IMG/VR virus record: IMGVR_UViG_3300032235_000387
Coordinates: 7,211-71,210 of that record
From: a virus
Length of the DNA: 64,000 bases
Reading direction: 5' to 3' (one strand)
Part shown: positions 47,901 to 57,600 of the stretch, in pieces
Layout: each line of letters starts with the position of its first letter
Position numbering within the stretch: position 1 is the first letter of the stretch
Translations under genes and position numbers: made by a program
Notes under the pieces: model-generated
The model's database searches: none
The model's input: only the letters and a program-made list of their open reading frames with translations
Told to the model about the DNA's origin: nothing

Positions 47901-49170
47901 TTGTAATCCAAGTAATAGTATCAGTGGAAGTTGCAATTCTACCCCCATCGGATCCAGCAACATAAAGATTACTTACATATGTTAAAGCATATATTGATGA
48001 CGATCCAAATCCAGAAGTTCTTAAGATCCATTCAATACCATTAGTTGAGGTTACTATTGAACCACCTGTTCCAGCAACAACATAAGTACTTGAAGTATAA
48101 ATCATATTAATATATGTTACACTCGTGGGTGTTGTTCTTGTCACCCAAGCAATACCATCAGTAGATGCTCTTAAAACTGATGTACCACCTCCAACATAAT
48201 AATTAGAACCATCATAAGCAGAACAAAAAATACTATTTGCCCCACCAAATCCAGAAGTTCTGATTGTCCAGGCAATAGAATTGGTAGAAGAACTTAAACG
48301 ACCACTTTGACCAGTGATAATATATTGGTGTGTTTGATTAGAGGCATAAGAAATAGATCCAATCCAAGATGTTCCAAATCCAGAGGTTCTTAAAAACCAA
48401 TGTATAGTATCTGTAGAAGTAAGAAGACCTCCGGTAGTTATAGCACCACCAACAATAAAGTAATTAGTTCCGTCATAAGTTCCAGATTCTGTATCATAAA
48501 AAGGTGCTATAACAGGAGATGTTCTTGCGGCCCAGTTTATACCATCGGTTGATGCTCTTAAGAAACCACTAGAGTTTACGGAAGCAACATAAAGACCATT
48601 TCCATAAATCAATCCTTGTATCGCGGAACTACCAAATCCTGCAGTTCTTAAAGTCCATGTAATCGTTTCTGATCTTCCACCAATCAAATATTCATTATTA
48701 GAATAAGTTAATCCTCCAATTGCAGTTGTACCAAATCCAGAAGTTCTTAAAGTCCAAGAAACTCCATCCGTAGAAGCAGTTAAAGTTCCAGAAGCACCAG
48801 AAGCAACAAAAGTAGTTCCATAAACTGTTCTTGTAATATTACTTGTACCAAATCCAGAAGTTCTTAAAGACCAAGAAACAGAATCTGTTGAAGATACTAT
48901 TCTTCCAGTATCTCCAGACGCAACATAAACACTTCCATAAGAGACTGCATTTATATTAGTTGAACCAAATTCAGAAGTTCTTAAGGTCCAATACTGACCC
49001 GAAGATCCTGGATAAACACTTAAGAAGTCACCATCATTTCCAGTTGTACTTGGATATGCGGATCCTCCACCACCACCCAAAACAGAATCGGCATACGACT
49101 TATTTGCAGCATCAGTCGCATTTACTACAGTACTAACACCAGTAACTCGATTGCTGTCTAATATTGCCAT
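41941..49170 (-). CDS. 2409-aa Gly-rich domain / Asp-box (BNR-like) beta-propeller virion protein
   Basis: Dozens of ~40-aa STD.I.W..RTSGFG repeats; DAANKSYAD N-terminal fibre motif; GGDGGNGYVKITWW C-terminus. Confidence 0.85.
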   Translation of the reverse strand: MAILDSNRVTGVSTVVNATDAANKSYADSVLGGGGGSAYPSTTGNDGDFLSVYPGSSGQYWTLRTSEFGSTNINAVSYGSVYVASGDTGRIVSSTDSVSWSLRTSGFGTSNITRTVYGTTFVASGASGTLTASTDGVSWTLRTSGFGTTAIGGLTYSNNEYLIGGRSETITWTLRTAGFGSSAIQGLIYGNGLYVASVNSSGFLRASTDGINWAARTSPVIAPFYDTESGTYDGTNYFIVGGAITTGGLLTSTDTIHWFLRTSGFGTSWIGSISYASNQTHQYIITGQSGRLSSSTNSIAWTIRTSGFGGANSIFCSAYDGSNYYVGGGTSVLRASTDGIAWVTRTTPTSVTYINMIYTSSTYVVAGTGGSIVTSTNGIEWILRTSGFGSSSIYALTYVSNLYVAGSDGGRIATSTDTITWITRTSGTSNYISKIESDGTNYVVVGNSGYVSTATQQTLSNLGDGALLRASTDTITWITRTASLGTQTITLLDYEGSYAFAHGTDYSGGVSFLNVSTDNINWVLRTSGFGVTVINAFTYGSVYVAGGNTGILNTSTDSITWTLRTSGFGTSAINTLVYGNNVYFAFGASGTITYSTDAITWTLRTSNTTNAVNASLYVTNSQFLYGASSGFIGLSQINQKIWQPINSVVTSYAPVTYKGYQEFTTSGAQTFNIPPTATQFYIEAIGGGGGGASGRNSGTIGSGGGGGSGAYNSWLIRRPELGSASSITVTPGAGGTGGTIQTMIASTDAIVWTKTNSAFGTTAINHLVYGNSLYVAVGNSGTIATSADTETWILRTSGFGTTNIGRNLGSGINLIYGGSLYVFASDAGAFPSYYGTSTDAIVWSIRVSGIPNSTAYSLMYGTEPSGTYVMTGLNGAIMTSPDAITWTIRTVGGSSSILSSNYGSSTSTQYVVGDLNGNIFVSTDAIRWTARTSGIGAEQLNNLAYGNGIHVAASFNKISSSTDTIRWTIRTCGQNGSYRVIYNSDYGIFVNQYGTNTWTSTDAITWSLRTNNNSRLSALHGLTYGTVFLAGGVGLSNSPTSGANTTVTWTGNTPTGTATYTLTSSGGTGASPSAVTAGSAGAAAAATLNPLYTTAGLAGGAGLTGWTNANNVTQVNAFQVTGGAGGAYNTREGGNSLTYYYGNTYNTAGSASGGAGSNGIPVSHTGSYGSGGGGGGALSTGINSWYLRTSGFGSTAIGSLAYGNGNYVAGGFSPTISWILRTSGFGSSSIQGLIYGNGLYVASVNSSGFLRASTDGVTWTARTSPAIAPFNDTMGGIYDGTNYFITGGAVTAGGLLTSTDTISWTLRTSGFGSLWIGSISYGSGETEKYIAVGNSGTLRSSTNSIAWVSRTSGFGTSSIMSGMYDGSSYYAGGQGPFLRASTDGISWVTRTAPMSGYYVNMIYGLNTYVASGSSGSVISSTNGIEWTLRTSSLGVAGSAVHALLYNNNLYYAGDGTGRIVTSTDTITWITRTSGTNVVLNEIVSDGTNYVVVGGSGYVATSTQSTLSNLGNGGLLTASTDGITWTLRTNSNIQTITLLSASNSYYVATGLNYISEPALISSTDNINWFSRTTGFGTTSISAVGYGNNEFLIGGSANNVTWTLRTSGFGTSQISSVIYGGDSFLIGTPFVTGFIRASTDGVSWITRTSGFGSTGINFYSYFNGEYLIGGNSAFTTWTLRTSGFGTTNIFSVNFGGSHFIAHGVSGTLTASTDGVSWALRTSGFGTSQIINATYFNGEHLIGGAGALIRASTDTISWISRTAPLNTLSFYNFNGIKTLNSSGSYVFGMTQDSLNNYGIIASTDNINWTFRTSGRGNVIHYTTAFGASTYALGVNGGVSTSTDSISWTIRTATASPSWMIYGNQFVTTTGTSLLASTDGISWRIRTVPGNLMQKISYNNNLYVVSVDANDANTAISTDTIVWQIRTSGFGTSQIGGVTNNGTVWVIGGRTGTLATSTQQILTSTGSGAFLRASTDSISWITRTAPIGTLNTGTSGGFSSAGSYTLAWGTDLSSNGFLIASTDNIVWELRTAASTISAYTFTYGNGIYLYATGGSGAVVTSTDTIVWTLRTAPGSSAIALLSSVYGSLPTNTFIVAGSSGYLATSTNAVQWVLRTTGFGSISINSFGLTYNDGLYTATISSQQRTSTDGITWVLRTSGFGSTSINSIAYGNNNYVIVGPVGTLATSTQTLLSSYGTGALLQASTDTIAWTTRTVANNTISITALDAESSYSIASTTNILNEYNIMVSTDNINWVLRTSGFGTTAINAFTYGNFYVAGGNSGTISTSTDTIVWSLRTSGFGTSAINALAYTSNIYVAAGVSGSIRTSTDAIAWTVRSSGFGTTNINSLIYGTDFVAGGLAGTLTSASLTTQSVVGNGGVGTRGGGGGGGGYSQEQNKVGSGGDGGNGYVKITWW

Positions 49171-49198
49171 TTAATCGACTTTTATATAAGATTATTTA

Positions 49199-51895
49199 TT
49201 ACCACCAGGTGATCCTCACGAATCCATCACCACCATTTCCACCATTACCAGAAGTAGATCCAATGGCTGCACCGCCACCTCCACCACCTCCACGAACACC
49301 ATTACCACCAGATCCAGCACTTGATGCTCCTGCCCCGCCTCCACCACCTCCATATCCATAAGGTAATGAAGTAATCGCAATACCAACGGCACCATTTGTT
49401 CCCGTATTATCACCGCCAGCAGAGAAAATAGTATTTCCATAGAAAGTAATCGAACCACCAGCACCACCTATAGAAGATGGTATTGCTGTTCCACCACCAC
49501 CCCCTGTTGATTGATATTGATTTATCTGTGCAGTTGCAGTAACTCCAATTCCACTAGTTGTAATACCACCAGATCCACCAGCAGTTGTATAAAAATAACT
49601 CGTAATATTAGTTTGAGCAATTCCAGCAACTCCACCAGCACCACCACCATTTGCAACTAGTGTGTAAGTTCCTCCAGGTCCAGTCCATGATATTGTTGTT
49701 CCTGCACCAGCAGATCCAGAAGTACTTTCAGTTGTTGCTCCAGGTCCACCAGATCCAACATTGACTGTAATATTAGAGGATATTATCGAATCTGGAATGT
49801 ACCAAGAGGTATAAGATCCACCAGAACCACCAGTTCCAGAAAGTTGAGCATCTGCTTCCACCAAAGTTCCAGATACTCCAGCAACCAAATAAGTATTATT
49901 TGTATGAACTGAAGTTAAAAGATTTGCAGTCGTAAGAGAAGTATTCATTCTCCATACGATTGCATCAGTAGAAGTAAATATGTCGCCAAAATCTCCAGCA
50001 AAAATAAAGTTATTTGCAGTATTTGAATATGATAAAGAGTTTATAGTATCTGTTCCACTACTAGTAGTTCTCAAAGACCAAACTATAGTATCTGTAGAAG
50101 ATGTCAAAGTGCCAGATAAACCTCCAGCAACGTATACTCCATTTCCATAAGTTAATGCATCGATTAAGGTTGTTCCGAATCCAGAAGTTCTTAAGATCCA
50201 AGTAATCGTATCAGTTGAAACAGTTAATGTTCCAGAAGCACCACCTGCAAGATAAGAAGTACCATCATATCCAAATGAAGTGATTTGATTTATCCCAAAT
50301 CCAGATGTTCTTAATTCCCAATTTATATTATTTGTAGAAACATTTAGAAAATCATATTCTGCAAAATAATTTGTTCCGTGAGCAAGGGAATAAGAACCAA
50401 ATGAATTCAATAATGTGATTGTTTGGGAACCTGTATTAAAAGTTCTTAAAGACCACGATACTGCATCAGTAGATGAACTTAATGTAGCACTAATAATAGT
50501 TGAAAATGTTGAAAGAGTATTTGAAGAAATAGATGACTGTACAAAAGTATTAGTACCATCAAACAATAATGAGTTGATAGAAGTGGTTCCAAATCCTGAA
50601 GTTCTTAAAGTCCATACAATCGCATCAGTGGAAAATGTATTAGTTCCTGATGCACCACCAGCAATATAAAAATTATTACCGTATGTAAGGAAATTAATTG
50701 CAGAAGTTCCAAATCCTGATGTTCTTAAAGTCCAAACAATTGTATCTGTTGAAGATAATAAAGTTCCAGAAACTCCAGCAACAACATAAACACTCCCATA
50801 AACAAGAGCACTAATTGAAGATGTACCAAATCCAGATGTTCTTAAAGTCCAAGAAATTGCATCAGTTGAAGTTCTTATTATTCCACCAATACTACCGGCA
50901 ATATAACTACTAATTCCGTAAATAAGACTATTAATAGAAGAAGTACCAAATCCTGTTGTTCTTAAAGTCCACTGAATAGCATTTGTAGAAGATATTACTC
51001 CTCCTCCACTTTTGCCCCCAACATATTTTTCTGTTGGCGTTTCACTGTAAGCAAATGTATTAATTACTCCAGAACCAAGAGGTCCACCAGTTCTTAAAGA
51101 CCAGTTAATCGTATCTGTTGAAGTTCTTATCTGTGGCCAAGAGTCTCCAACAACATAAATACCTCCACCAAAGACCATCGTTTGCATTACTGATGCTCCA
51201 GCAGAGTTTGCAGAGGTTCTTAAAACCCACTGAATAGTATTTGTAGAAACCTGAACATGAGCGTTTGTTCCATAACCTCCAGCAAGATAAAATCCATTAC
51301 CATATGCAAGAGCGCCAAGACCCGTTGAAGTTCCAACAACTGTTCTTTGAGTCCAAATTTGCGGATTACCAGTACCAATCAAATATTCGTTATTAAAATA
51401 AGTCAATCCATTAATACTTGAAGTTCCAAATCCTGATGTTCTTGAGATCCAGGTAATATTATCTGTAGATGATGCAAGATATGAGGCACCACTTGCGACA
51501 TAAGTTGATCCACCTAATAGAATATTTGAGATTGAAGAAGAACCAAATCCAGAAGTTCTTAATGACCAAGTAAGTCCATTCTTTGCAAATGTTGATCCAG
51601 TTGTTCCAGTACTTCCACCACCGCCTGCTCCAGTTGCTTCAATATATAAAAGATTTGCTTGAAAAGGAACTGTAAATGTTTGTGATCCTGGAGTTGTAAA
51701 TTCTTGATAGTTTGAAACATAATCCCAAGAAACATTAATACCATCAGTTGTAGTTAAAAACTTTCCACCATTTCCTGTCTGGGATGGTAAAGAATTGCCA
51801 GAAAGATTATCAACATAAGATTTATTAACTACATCAGTATTCTGAAATGTTGCTGTAGTAATACCAGAAATATAATTAGGTCCTGCGGTTGTCAT
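49199..51895 (-). CDS. 898-aa Gly-rich / Asp-box propeller protein (paralogue)
   Basis: VNKSYVD, YQEFTTPG, STD..W.LRTSGFG repeats, GFVRITWW end. Confidence 0.85.
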   Translation of the reverse strand: MTTAGPNYISGITTATFQNTDVVNKSYVDNLSGNSLPSQTGNGGKFLTTTDGINVSWDYVSNYQEFTTPGSQTFTVPFQANLLYIEATGAGGGGSTGTTGSTFAKNGLTWSLRTSGFGSSSISNILLGGSTYVASGASYLASSTDNITWISRTSGFGTSSINGLTYFNNEYLIGTGNPQIWTQRTVVGTSTGLGALAYGNGFYLAGGYGTNAHVQVSTNTIQWVLRTSANSAGASVMQTMVFGGGIYVVGDSWPQIRTSTDTINWSLRTGGPLGSGVINTFAYSETPTEKYVGGKSGGGVISSTNAIQWTLRTTGFGTSSINSLIYGISSYIAGSIGGIIRTSTDAISWTLRTSGFGTSSISALVYGSVYVVAGVSGTLLSSTDTIVWTLRTSGFGTSAINFLTYGNNFYIAGGASGTNTFSTDAIVWTLRTSGFGTTSINSLLFDGTNTFVQSSISSNTLSTFSTIISATLSSSTDAVSWSLRTFNTGSQTITLLNSFGSYSLAHGTNYFAEYDFLNVSTNNINWELRTSGFGINQITSFGYDGTSYLAGGASGTLTVSTDTITWILRTSGFGTTLIDALTYGNGVYVAGGLSGTLTSSTDTIVWSLRTTSSGTDTINSLSYSNTANNFIFAGDFGDIFTSTDAIVWRMNTSLTTANLLTSVHTNNTYLVAGVSGTLVEADAQLSGTGGSGGSYTSWYIPDSIISSNITVNVGSGGPGATTESTSGSAGAGTTISWTGPGGTYTLVANGGGAGGVAGIAQTNITSYFYTTAGGSGGITTSGIGVTATAQINQYQSTGGGGGTAIPSSIGGAGGSITFYGNTIFSAGGDNTGTNGAVGIAITSLPYGYGGGGGGAGASSAGSGGNGVRGGGGGGGAAIGSTSGNGGNGGDGFVRITWW

Positions 51896-51908
51896 TTATA
51901 GTTCCTCC

Positions 51909-54674
51909 TTATTGCCAACTAATACGAACATAACCATCACCACCAGTTCCACCAGTTCCAACAGTATTTGTTGCTAAATTATATCCTCCACCACCTCCAC
52001 CACCACCTTTAGTTCCAGCACCACCATTTCCACCATTTATATTTGAATTTGCAACAATTACTTGAGCACCTGCACCATAAGTTGCTAAAAATAATCCATC
52101 ACCATAAGCACAAGAGAATGCATTCACTGCACCAACTCCAGAAGTTCTTAATACCCAAGAAATACCATCAGTTGATGAAGTAAGTGCTCCCGAAGCTCCT
52201 CCAATAATTAGAGAATCAGATGAAACTGCAGACACATACTGTGTGCCAGTATTAAATCTAGTAACCCAATTTATCGTATCTGTTGAAGTAACAAATAAAC
52301 CACCAGTAGTAATAAAATAATAAACTGAATTTAAATATTGCAAAGTATTAAGAGTTACAGCTCCAGTACCAGCAGTTCTTAAAGTCCAATTAATAGTGTC
52401 CGTAGACGCAACTAAAGTTCCAGATCCTCCAGATAGCAAATATATAGAATTTCCAAATCCAACAGAATTAAAAGAAATAGTACTACCAACAGTTCTTAAT
52501 GTCCATGCTATTGAATCAGTAGACACTAAAAATCTTCCACTACTTCCAGAAACAAGATATAAATTATTTGCATAAATTGCACTAGGACCTTGATTAGTAG
52601 CACCTAAATTAATATTACCAACACCAGTAGTTCTAACAGTCCACGCGATAGCATTTGTAGATACACTTATTGAACCTCCAGCACCTGCAATAACATGAAG
52701 ATTTCCATCATACATTTGTCCAAAAATATTAGAAGTTCCAAATCCCGAAGTTCTTGCGATCCAGGTTATGGTATCAGTAGAAGTAGATAATCTTCCAGAA
52801 TCTCCAGCAATAACATAAAGACCTGCGCCATAATTTATTGTATAAGCAGTCACACCAAATCCAGAAGTTCTTAAAACCCATACAACTGCACCATGTTGTG
52901 CTCCACCACCATTTCCACCATTTCCATAAGAAAGACCACTTATCGGTAATGAACTTGTGCCATTCATTAAAGCAGGTATAGTTTTTGAGTTTTGATAGGT
53001 ATTTCCATAATAGTTTATTGTTCCACCAAAAGTTCCAAATTGTCCATCAAATAAAGAAGATGCTCCACCCCCACCACCAGTCGTTTGATATAGACTAGTT
53101 GCAGTAGATGCATCTGTTCCAGTATAACCTTGCCTATTATTCGTTGATGATTCAAAATATCCTCCATTACCACCAGCAGTTCCTGCAGAAGAATAAACAT
53201 AATTATTTGAAATTGATGCTGCTGTTCCGCCCGTACCACCAGGAACAATATTACTTGTACTTAAAAATGTATTCACTCCTGCAGATCCACCGTTTGCAGT
53301 AATTGAAAAATTTCCTCCAGGACTTGTCCAAGATACTGTTGATGCAGCACCAGCAGTTCCCGAAGTTCCACCAGATCCAACATTTACATTAAGAGTTGAT
53401 CCAGAAATATTTGATCTTGAGATTATAGATCCTAAAGATGCTCCTCCACCACCCCCAGATCCAGCAGTACCTGATGGTATAGTAGATGCTATTATACGAC
53501 CAGTTTCAGAACCATAAACAAATATTGAATTTCCAAAAATACCTGCACGGTAGTTAGTTGATACTGCAGGAGAAGTTCTTACAATCCATACTATAGAATC
53601 TGTTGAAGTAATTAAATACCTATTGCTAAACTGATTAACAATATAGATATTATTTCCAAAAATTACATCAGACATTTGATTAGCAGATCCGCTAGGATAA
53701 TTCCTAGAAGTCCAAACAATTGTATCAGTAGAAGCAATTAAAGTTCCACCACTAGTTCCAAAAAGATATATGCCATTTCCATACGTTCCACAATAAAATG
53801 TAGTAGAACCTTGTCCAGAAGTTCTTAAAGTCCATACTATTCCATCTGTTGATGCAACAATTCCCGTATTTCCTGCAAATAAATAATTAGTACTCGGAGA
53901 AGCAGAGTATGCACGAGAGTACATGGAAAATGAACCTGAAGTTGGTGTTGTTCTGGTATTCCAGGTTATTCCATCTGTGGAAGAAGCAATCCTTCCACCT
54001 TCATCAGCAATTAAATGAAAATTATTGTCAGTCGATATAGTTGTAACTATTGCCGAAATAGCACCACTTGTTCTTAAAATCCAGTGTATAGTATCAGTTG
54101 AAGTTCTTATGGCACTCGAAACTGTAGATATAAAAATATTTGATCCATAATTTACACTAAAAATCACAGAACTTCCAAATCCAGAAGTTCTTGCAACCCA
54201 AGTGATTGAGTCTGTAGACGCATGTATTGTTCCAGAACCTGTTCCGATTACATAAAAACCAAGTCCATAGGACCCAAGTGGATTTCCAACATTACCATTT
54301 CCAGTAAAGTTGTTTGTTGTTCCAGAAGTTCTTAAAAACCAAAATTCTCCACGACTTACATAATTTGTTGGTGTAGTTGCCGAACCTGGTGCTCCACCTC
54401 CTCCAGCACCTGTTGCTTCTATGAACAGTTCTTTTGCTTGTGTCGGTACAGTAAATGTATAATTTCCAGGCGTTGTATATTCTTGATAACCTTGTATAGG
54501 TTCCCATGATGCTGTAGAACCATCGGTGAATAAAAATTCATTTTCATTACCATCGATAGATGGTAATCCACCACCACTAACAGCAGAATCTACATAACTT
54601 TTTGAGGCGGCATCTGTTGGATTAGCAACTACGCTGATTCCAGTAATCTGAGTAGACCCTATTCCTACTGGCAT
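51909..54674 (-). CDS. 921-aa Gly-rich / Asp-box propeller protein (paralogue)
   Basis: DAASKSYVD, YQEYTTPG, two propeller blocks, GYVRISWQ end. Confidence 0.85.
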   Translation of the reverse strand: MPVGIGSTQITGISVVANPTDAASKSYVDSAVSGGGLPSIDGNENEFLFTDGSTASWEPIQGYQEYTTPGNYTFTVPTQAKELFIEATGAGGGGAPGSATTPTNYVSRGEFWFLRTSGTTNNFTGNGNVGNPLGSYGLGFYVIGTGSGTIHASTDSITWVARTSGFGSSVIFSVNYGSNIFISTVSSAIRTSTDTIHWILRTSGAISAIVTTISTDNNFHLIADEGGRIASSTDGITWNTRTTPTSGSFSMYSRAYSASPSTNYLFAGNTGIVASTDGIVWTLRTSGQGSTTFYCGTYGNGIYLFGTSGGTLIASTDTIVWTSRNYPSGSANQMSDVIFGNNIYIVNQFSNRYLITSTDSIVWIVRTSPAVSTNYRAGIFGNSIFVYGSETGRIIASTIPSGTAGSGGGGGASLGSIISRSNISGSTLNVNVGSGGTSGTAGAASTVSWTSPGGNFSITANGGSAGVNTFLSTSNIVPGGTGGTAASISNNYVYSSAGTAGGNGGYFESSTNNRQGYTGTDASTATSLYQTTGGGGGASSLFDGQFGTFGGTINYYGNTYQNSKTIPALMNGTSSLPISGLSYGNGGNGGGAQHGAVVWVLRTSGFGVTAYTINYGAGLYVIAGDSGRLSTSTDTITWIARTSGFGTSNIFGQMYDGNLHVIAGAGGSISVSTNAIAWTVRTTGVGNINLGATNQGPSAIYANNLYLVSGSSGRFLVSTDSIAWTLRTVGSTISFNSVGFGNSIYLLSGGSGTLVASTDTINWTLRTAGTGAVTLNTLQYLNSVYYFITTGGLFVTSTDTINWVTRFNTGTQYVSAVSSDSLIIGGASGALTSSTDGISWVLRTSGVGAVNAFSCAYGDGLFLATYGAGAQVIVANSNINGGNGGAGTKGGGGGGGGYNLATNTVGTGGTGGDGYVRISWQ

Positions 54675-54675
54675 A

Positions 54676-57600
54676 TTATTTTTCCTCTATTTTTTGATTC
54701 AATTCTTTAACTGCTTCAATTAAAAGACCAATTAAGTTTGCATAAGCAACAGACTTTTTCTCATAATCTGGTGTGGGATGTTTTGGATAAACAACATGTG
54801 GTATTATTTGCTCAACTTCCTGGGCAATAACACCAATTTGGTGATCTCCATTATCTATACGATCAAATTCTACACCACGAAGTGATAGTACTTTATCTAA
54901 AGCATTTTCAATTGTTTTGATATTTGTTTTAAGTCTTTCATCAGAGTTTGCCGTTACTGTTCCACCAGCAACAAGATTTCCAGTTGAAGGATTAAATGTC
55001 AAACCAGTTGTTGAAACATTTAAAGTGGTAAGAGTTCCAGTTGAAGTACTAGCAATTCCAACATAAAAAGTATCATTTGTAGTCGTATCATTTGCAATTG
55101 CAATTGATCCACCACCACCACCACCTCCAGATCCAGAGGAACCTTGAATACCTTGAACAAATGTTCCTTGTGCCCCTTGAGTATTTTGAATACCTTGAGT
55201 ACCTTGTGTTCCCTGAAGACCTTGAAGACCTTGAGTACCTTGATCACCTTTTAGACCTTGGAGACCTTGTGTTCCTTGATTTCCTTGTAATCCTTGAAGA
55301 CCTTGAAGACCTTGTGTTCCTTGATCTCCTTGTAATCCTTGCAATCCTTGCAATCCTTGAAGACCTTGGAGACCTTGTGTTCCTTGATCACCTTTTAGAC
55401 CTTGAGTACCTTGTGTTCCCTGAAGACCTTGAAGACCTTGAAGACCTTGATCTCCTTGTAATCCTTGCAATCCTTGAAGACCTTGAGTACCTTGGTTGCC
55501 TTGAAGACCTTGTAATCCTTGGAGACCTTGAGTACCTTGATCACCAATTAATCCCTGAAGACCTTGAGTACCTTGGTTGCCTTGAGTACCTTGCAATCCT
55601 TGGAGACCCTGTAAACCCTGAAGACCTTGTGTACCTTGATCACCAATTAATCCCTGAAGACCTTGGAGACCTTGATCACCTTTTAAACCTTGAAGTCCTT
55701 GAGTTCCTTGTAATCCTTGAAGACCTTGAGTTCCTTGCGATCCAGTAGATCCAATACCTACAATTCCCTGAAGACCTTGTGTTCCCTGTAATCCCTGAAG
55801 ACCTTGAGTACCTTGATCCCCTTGAAGACCTTGCAATCCTTGGAGACCTTGAATCCCTTGTGTTCCTTGAAGACCTTGGAGACCTTGAGTACCTTGATCA
55901 CCTTTTAAACCTTGAAGTCCTTGAGGTCCTCTAATATTGCCGACATTAGACCAAGAAGTAGTAGCTATTCCAACAACAGCAACCCAAAGATTTCCTAAAT
56001 TACTGTCGATTACACCATCTCCAGAGTTTGCAGGATACCAACTGTTTGCCGGATCATTTAACTGAGAAGTTTCAATACCAACAGTTAATGCTAAAGTACC
56101 TACAATAGTAATAGAAGTACCATCATTTCCACGTTGACCAAGAGTTCCTTGAAGTCCTTGAATTCCAAAAGAACCTTGAATTCCCTGAACTCCTTGATTG
56201 CTAAATCCTTGAAGACCTTGAGTTCCCTGAAGTCCTTGAGTACCTTGAAGTCCTTGAAGACCTTGAAGACCTTGGAGACCTTGGGTTCCCTGATCACCAT
56301 TTAATCCTTGGAGTCCTTGTAAACCTTGAGTACCTTGAAGACCTTGAGTACCTTGAAGACCTTGGAGACCTTGGGTTCCCTGATCACCCTTTAATCCTTG
56401 GAGTCCTTGAGTTCCTTGGAGACCTTGGAGACCTTGGAGACCTTGGGTTCCCTGATCACCCTTTAATCCTTGGATTCCTTGTGTTGCTTGAGTTCCTTGG
56501 AGACCTTGGAGACCTTGGAGACCTTGATTACCTTGAGAACCAATATCACCTTGAAGACCTTGAGTACCTTGAGATCCAACTCCTTGAGCACCTTGAGATC
56601 CAACTCCTTGAGCACCTTGAGATCCTTGATTGCCTTGAGAACCAATATCACCTTGAAGTCCTTGAATACCTTGAGTTCCTTGGAAATTACTTAAAGGTCC
56701 TTGAATACCTTGCCTTCCTTGAAATCCCTGAAGACCTTGAAGACCTTGAAGACCTTGACGACCTTGAAGTCCTTGAGTTCCTTGACGACCTTGAAGTCCT
56801 TGAGTTCCTTGAAAATTACTTAATGGACCCTGAACACCCTGGAGACCTTGTACACCTTGGGATCCTACAACAGCAAATAGAATCTGAACGATATTTCCAT
56901 TAGTAAATGGGGTTCCACTTACGTAAGTAACTCCAAACTCAACGTAACCAGTCTGACTTGTTACGGAATTAAGTTTATATATTGCAGTATCAAAAGTTGC
57001 AAATATGTATATGTAAGCTTTAGGAGTTCCACTATAGGTTCCAAGTTCTAAAAGATATGCCCTTACATTATCAGAATCATTTGTCAAATCATCAATATAC
57101 ATTGATGTAGCTAAGGTCTGATCCGAATTATTAAATCTAAAATCTCCAGTACCAGGATCAGAGTTTGTTGTAGTACTATCAAATTGATAAGGAAGACCCG
57201 AAGAAATTGCTTTTCCATCACGTCCTTGAAGTCCCTGAGAACCCTGACGACCTTGAGTTCCCTGTGTTCCTTGAAGACCTTGATTACCTTGAGAACCAAT
57301 ATTACCTTGAAGACCTTGAAGACCTTGAGTTCCCTCAATGTAAATAGTAGTTATTCCGGAAAAATTTGTAACAGTAGATACTCCAGATCCCCTAAAATCT
57401 ATTATTGTTATACCATATCCTACATTTCCACCAGATGTATTAATTCCTATTCCAGATACTGAAACAATATTTGATAATTTACTACCATCACCATAATATT
57501 CAACAGCACTTACAATTCCAGTATTACCATAAACTGTAACACCAGTTCCAACATTTAAAACATTTGTTACGCCATTAAGAGTAATGCTCGAAGATCCAAC

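Noticed and set aside
41941-54674. Regularly spaced ~25-nt direct repeats resembling a CRISPR array
   Set aside because: Repeats are degenerate, in frame (W.LRTSGFG) inside long ORFs, with ~95-nt spacers that are homologous to each other.
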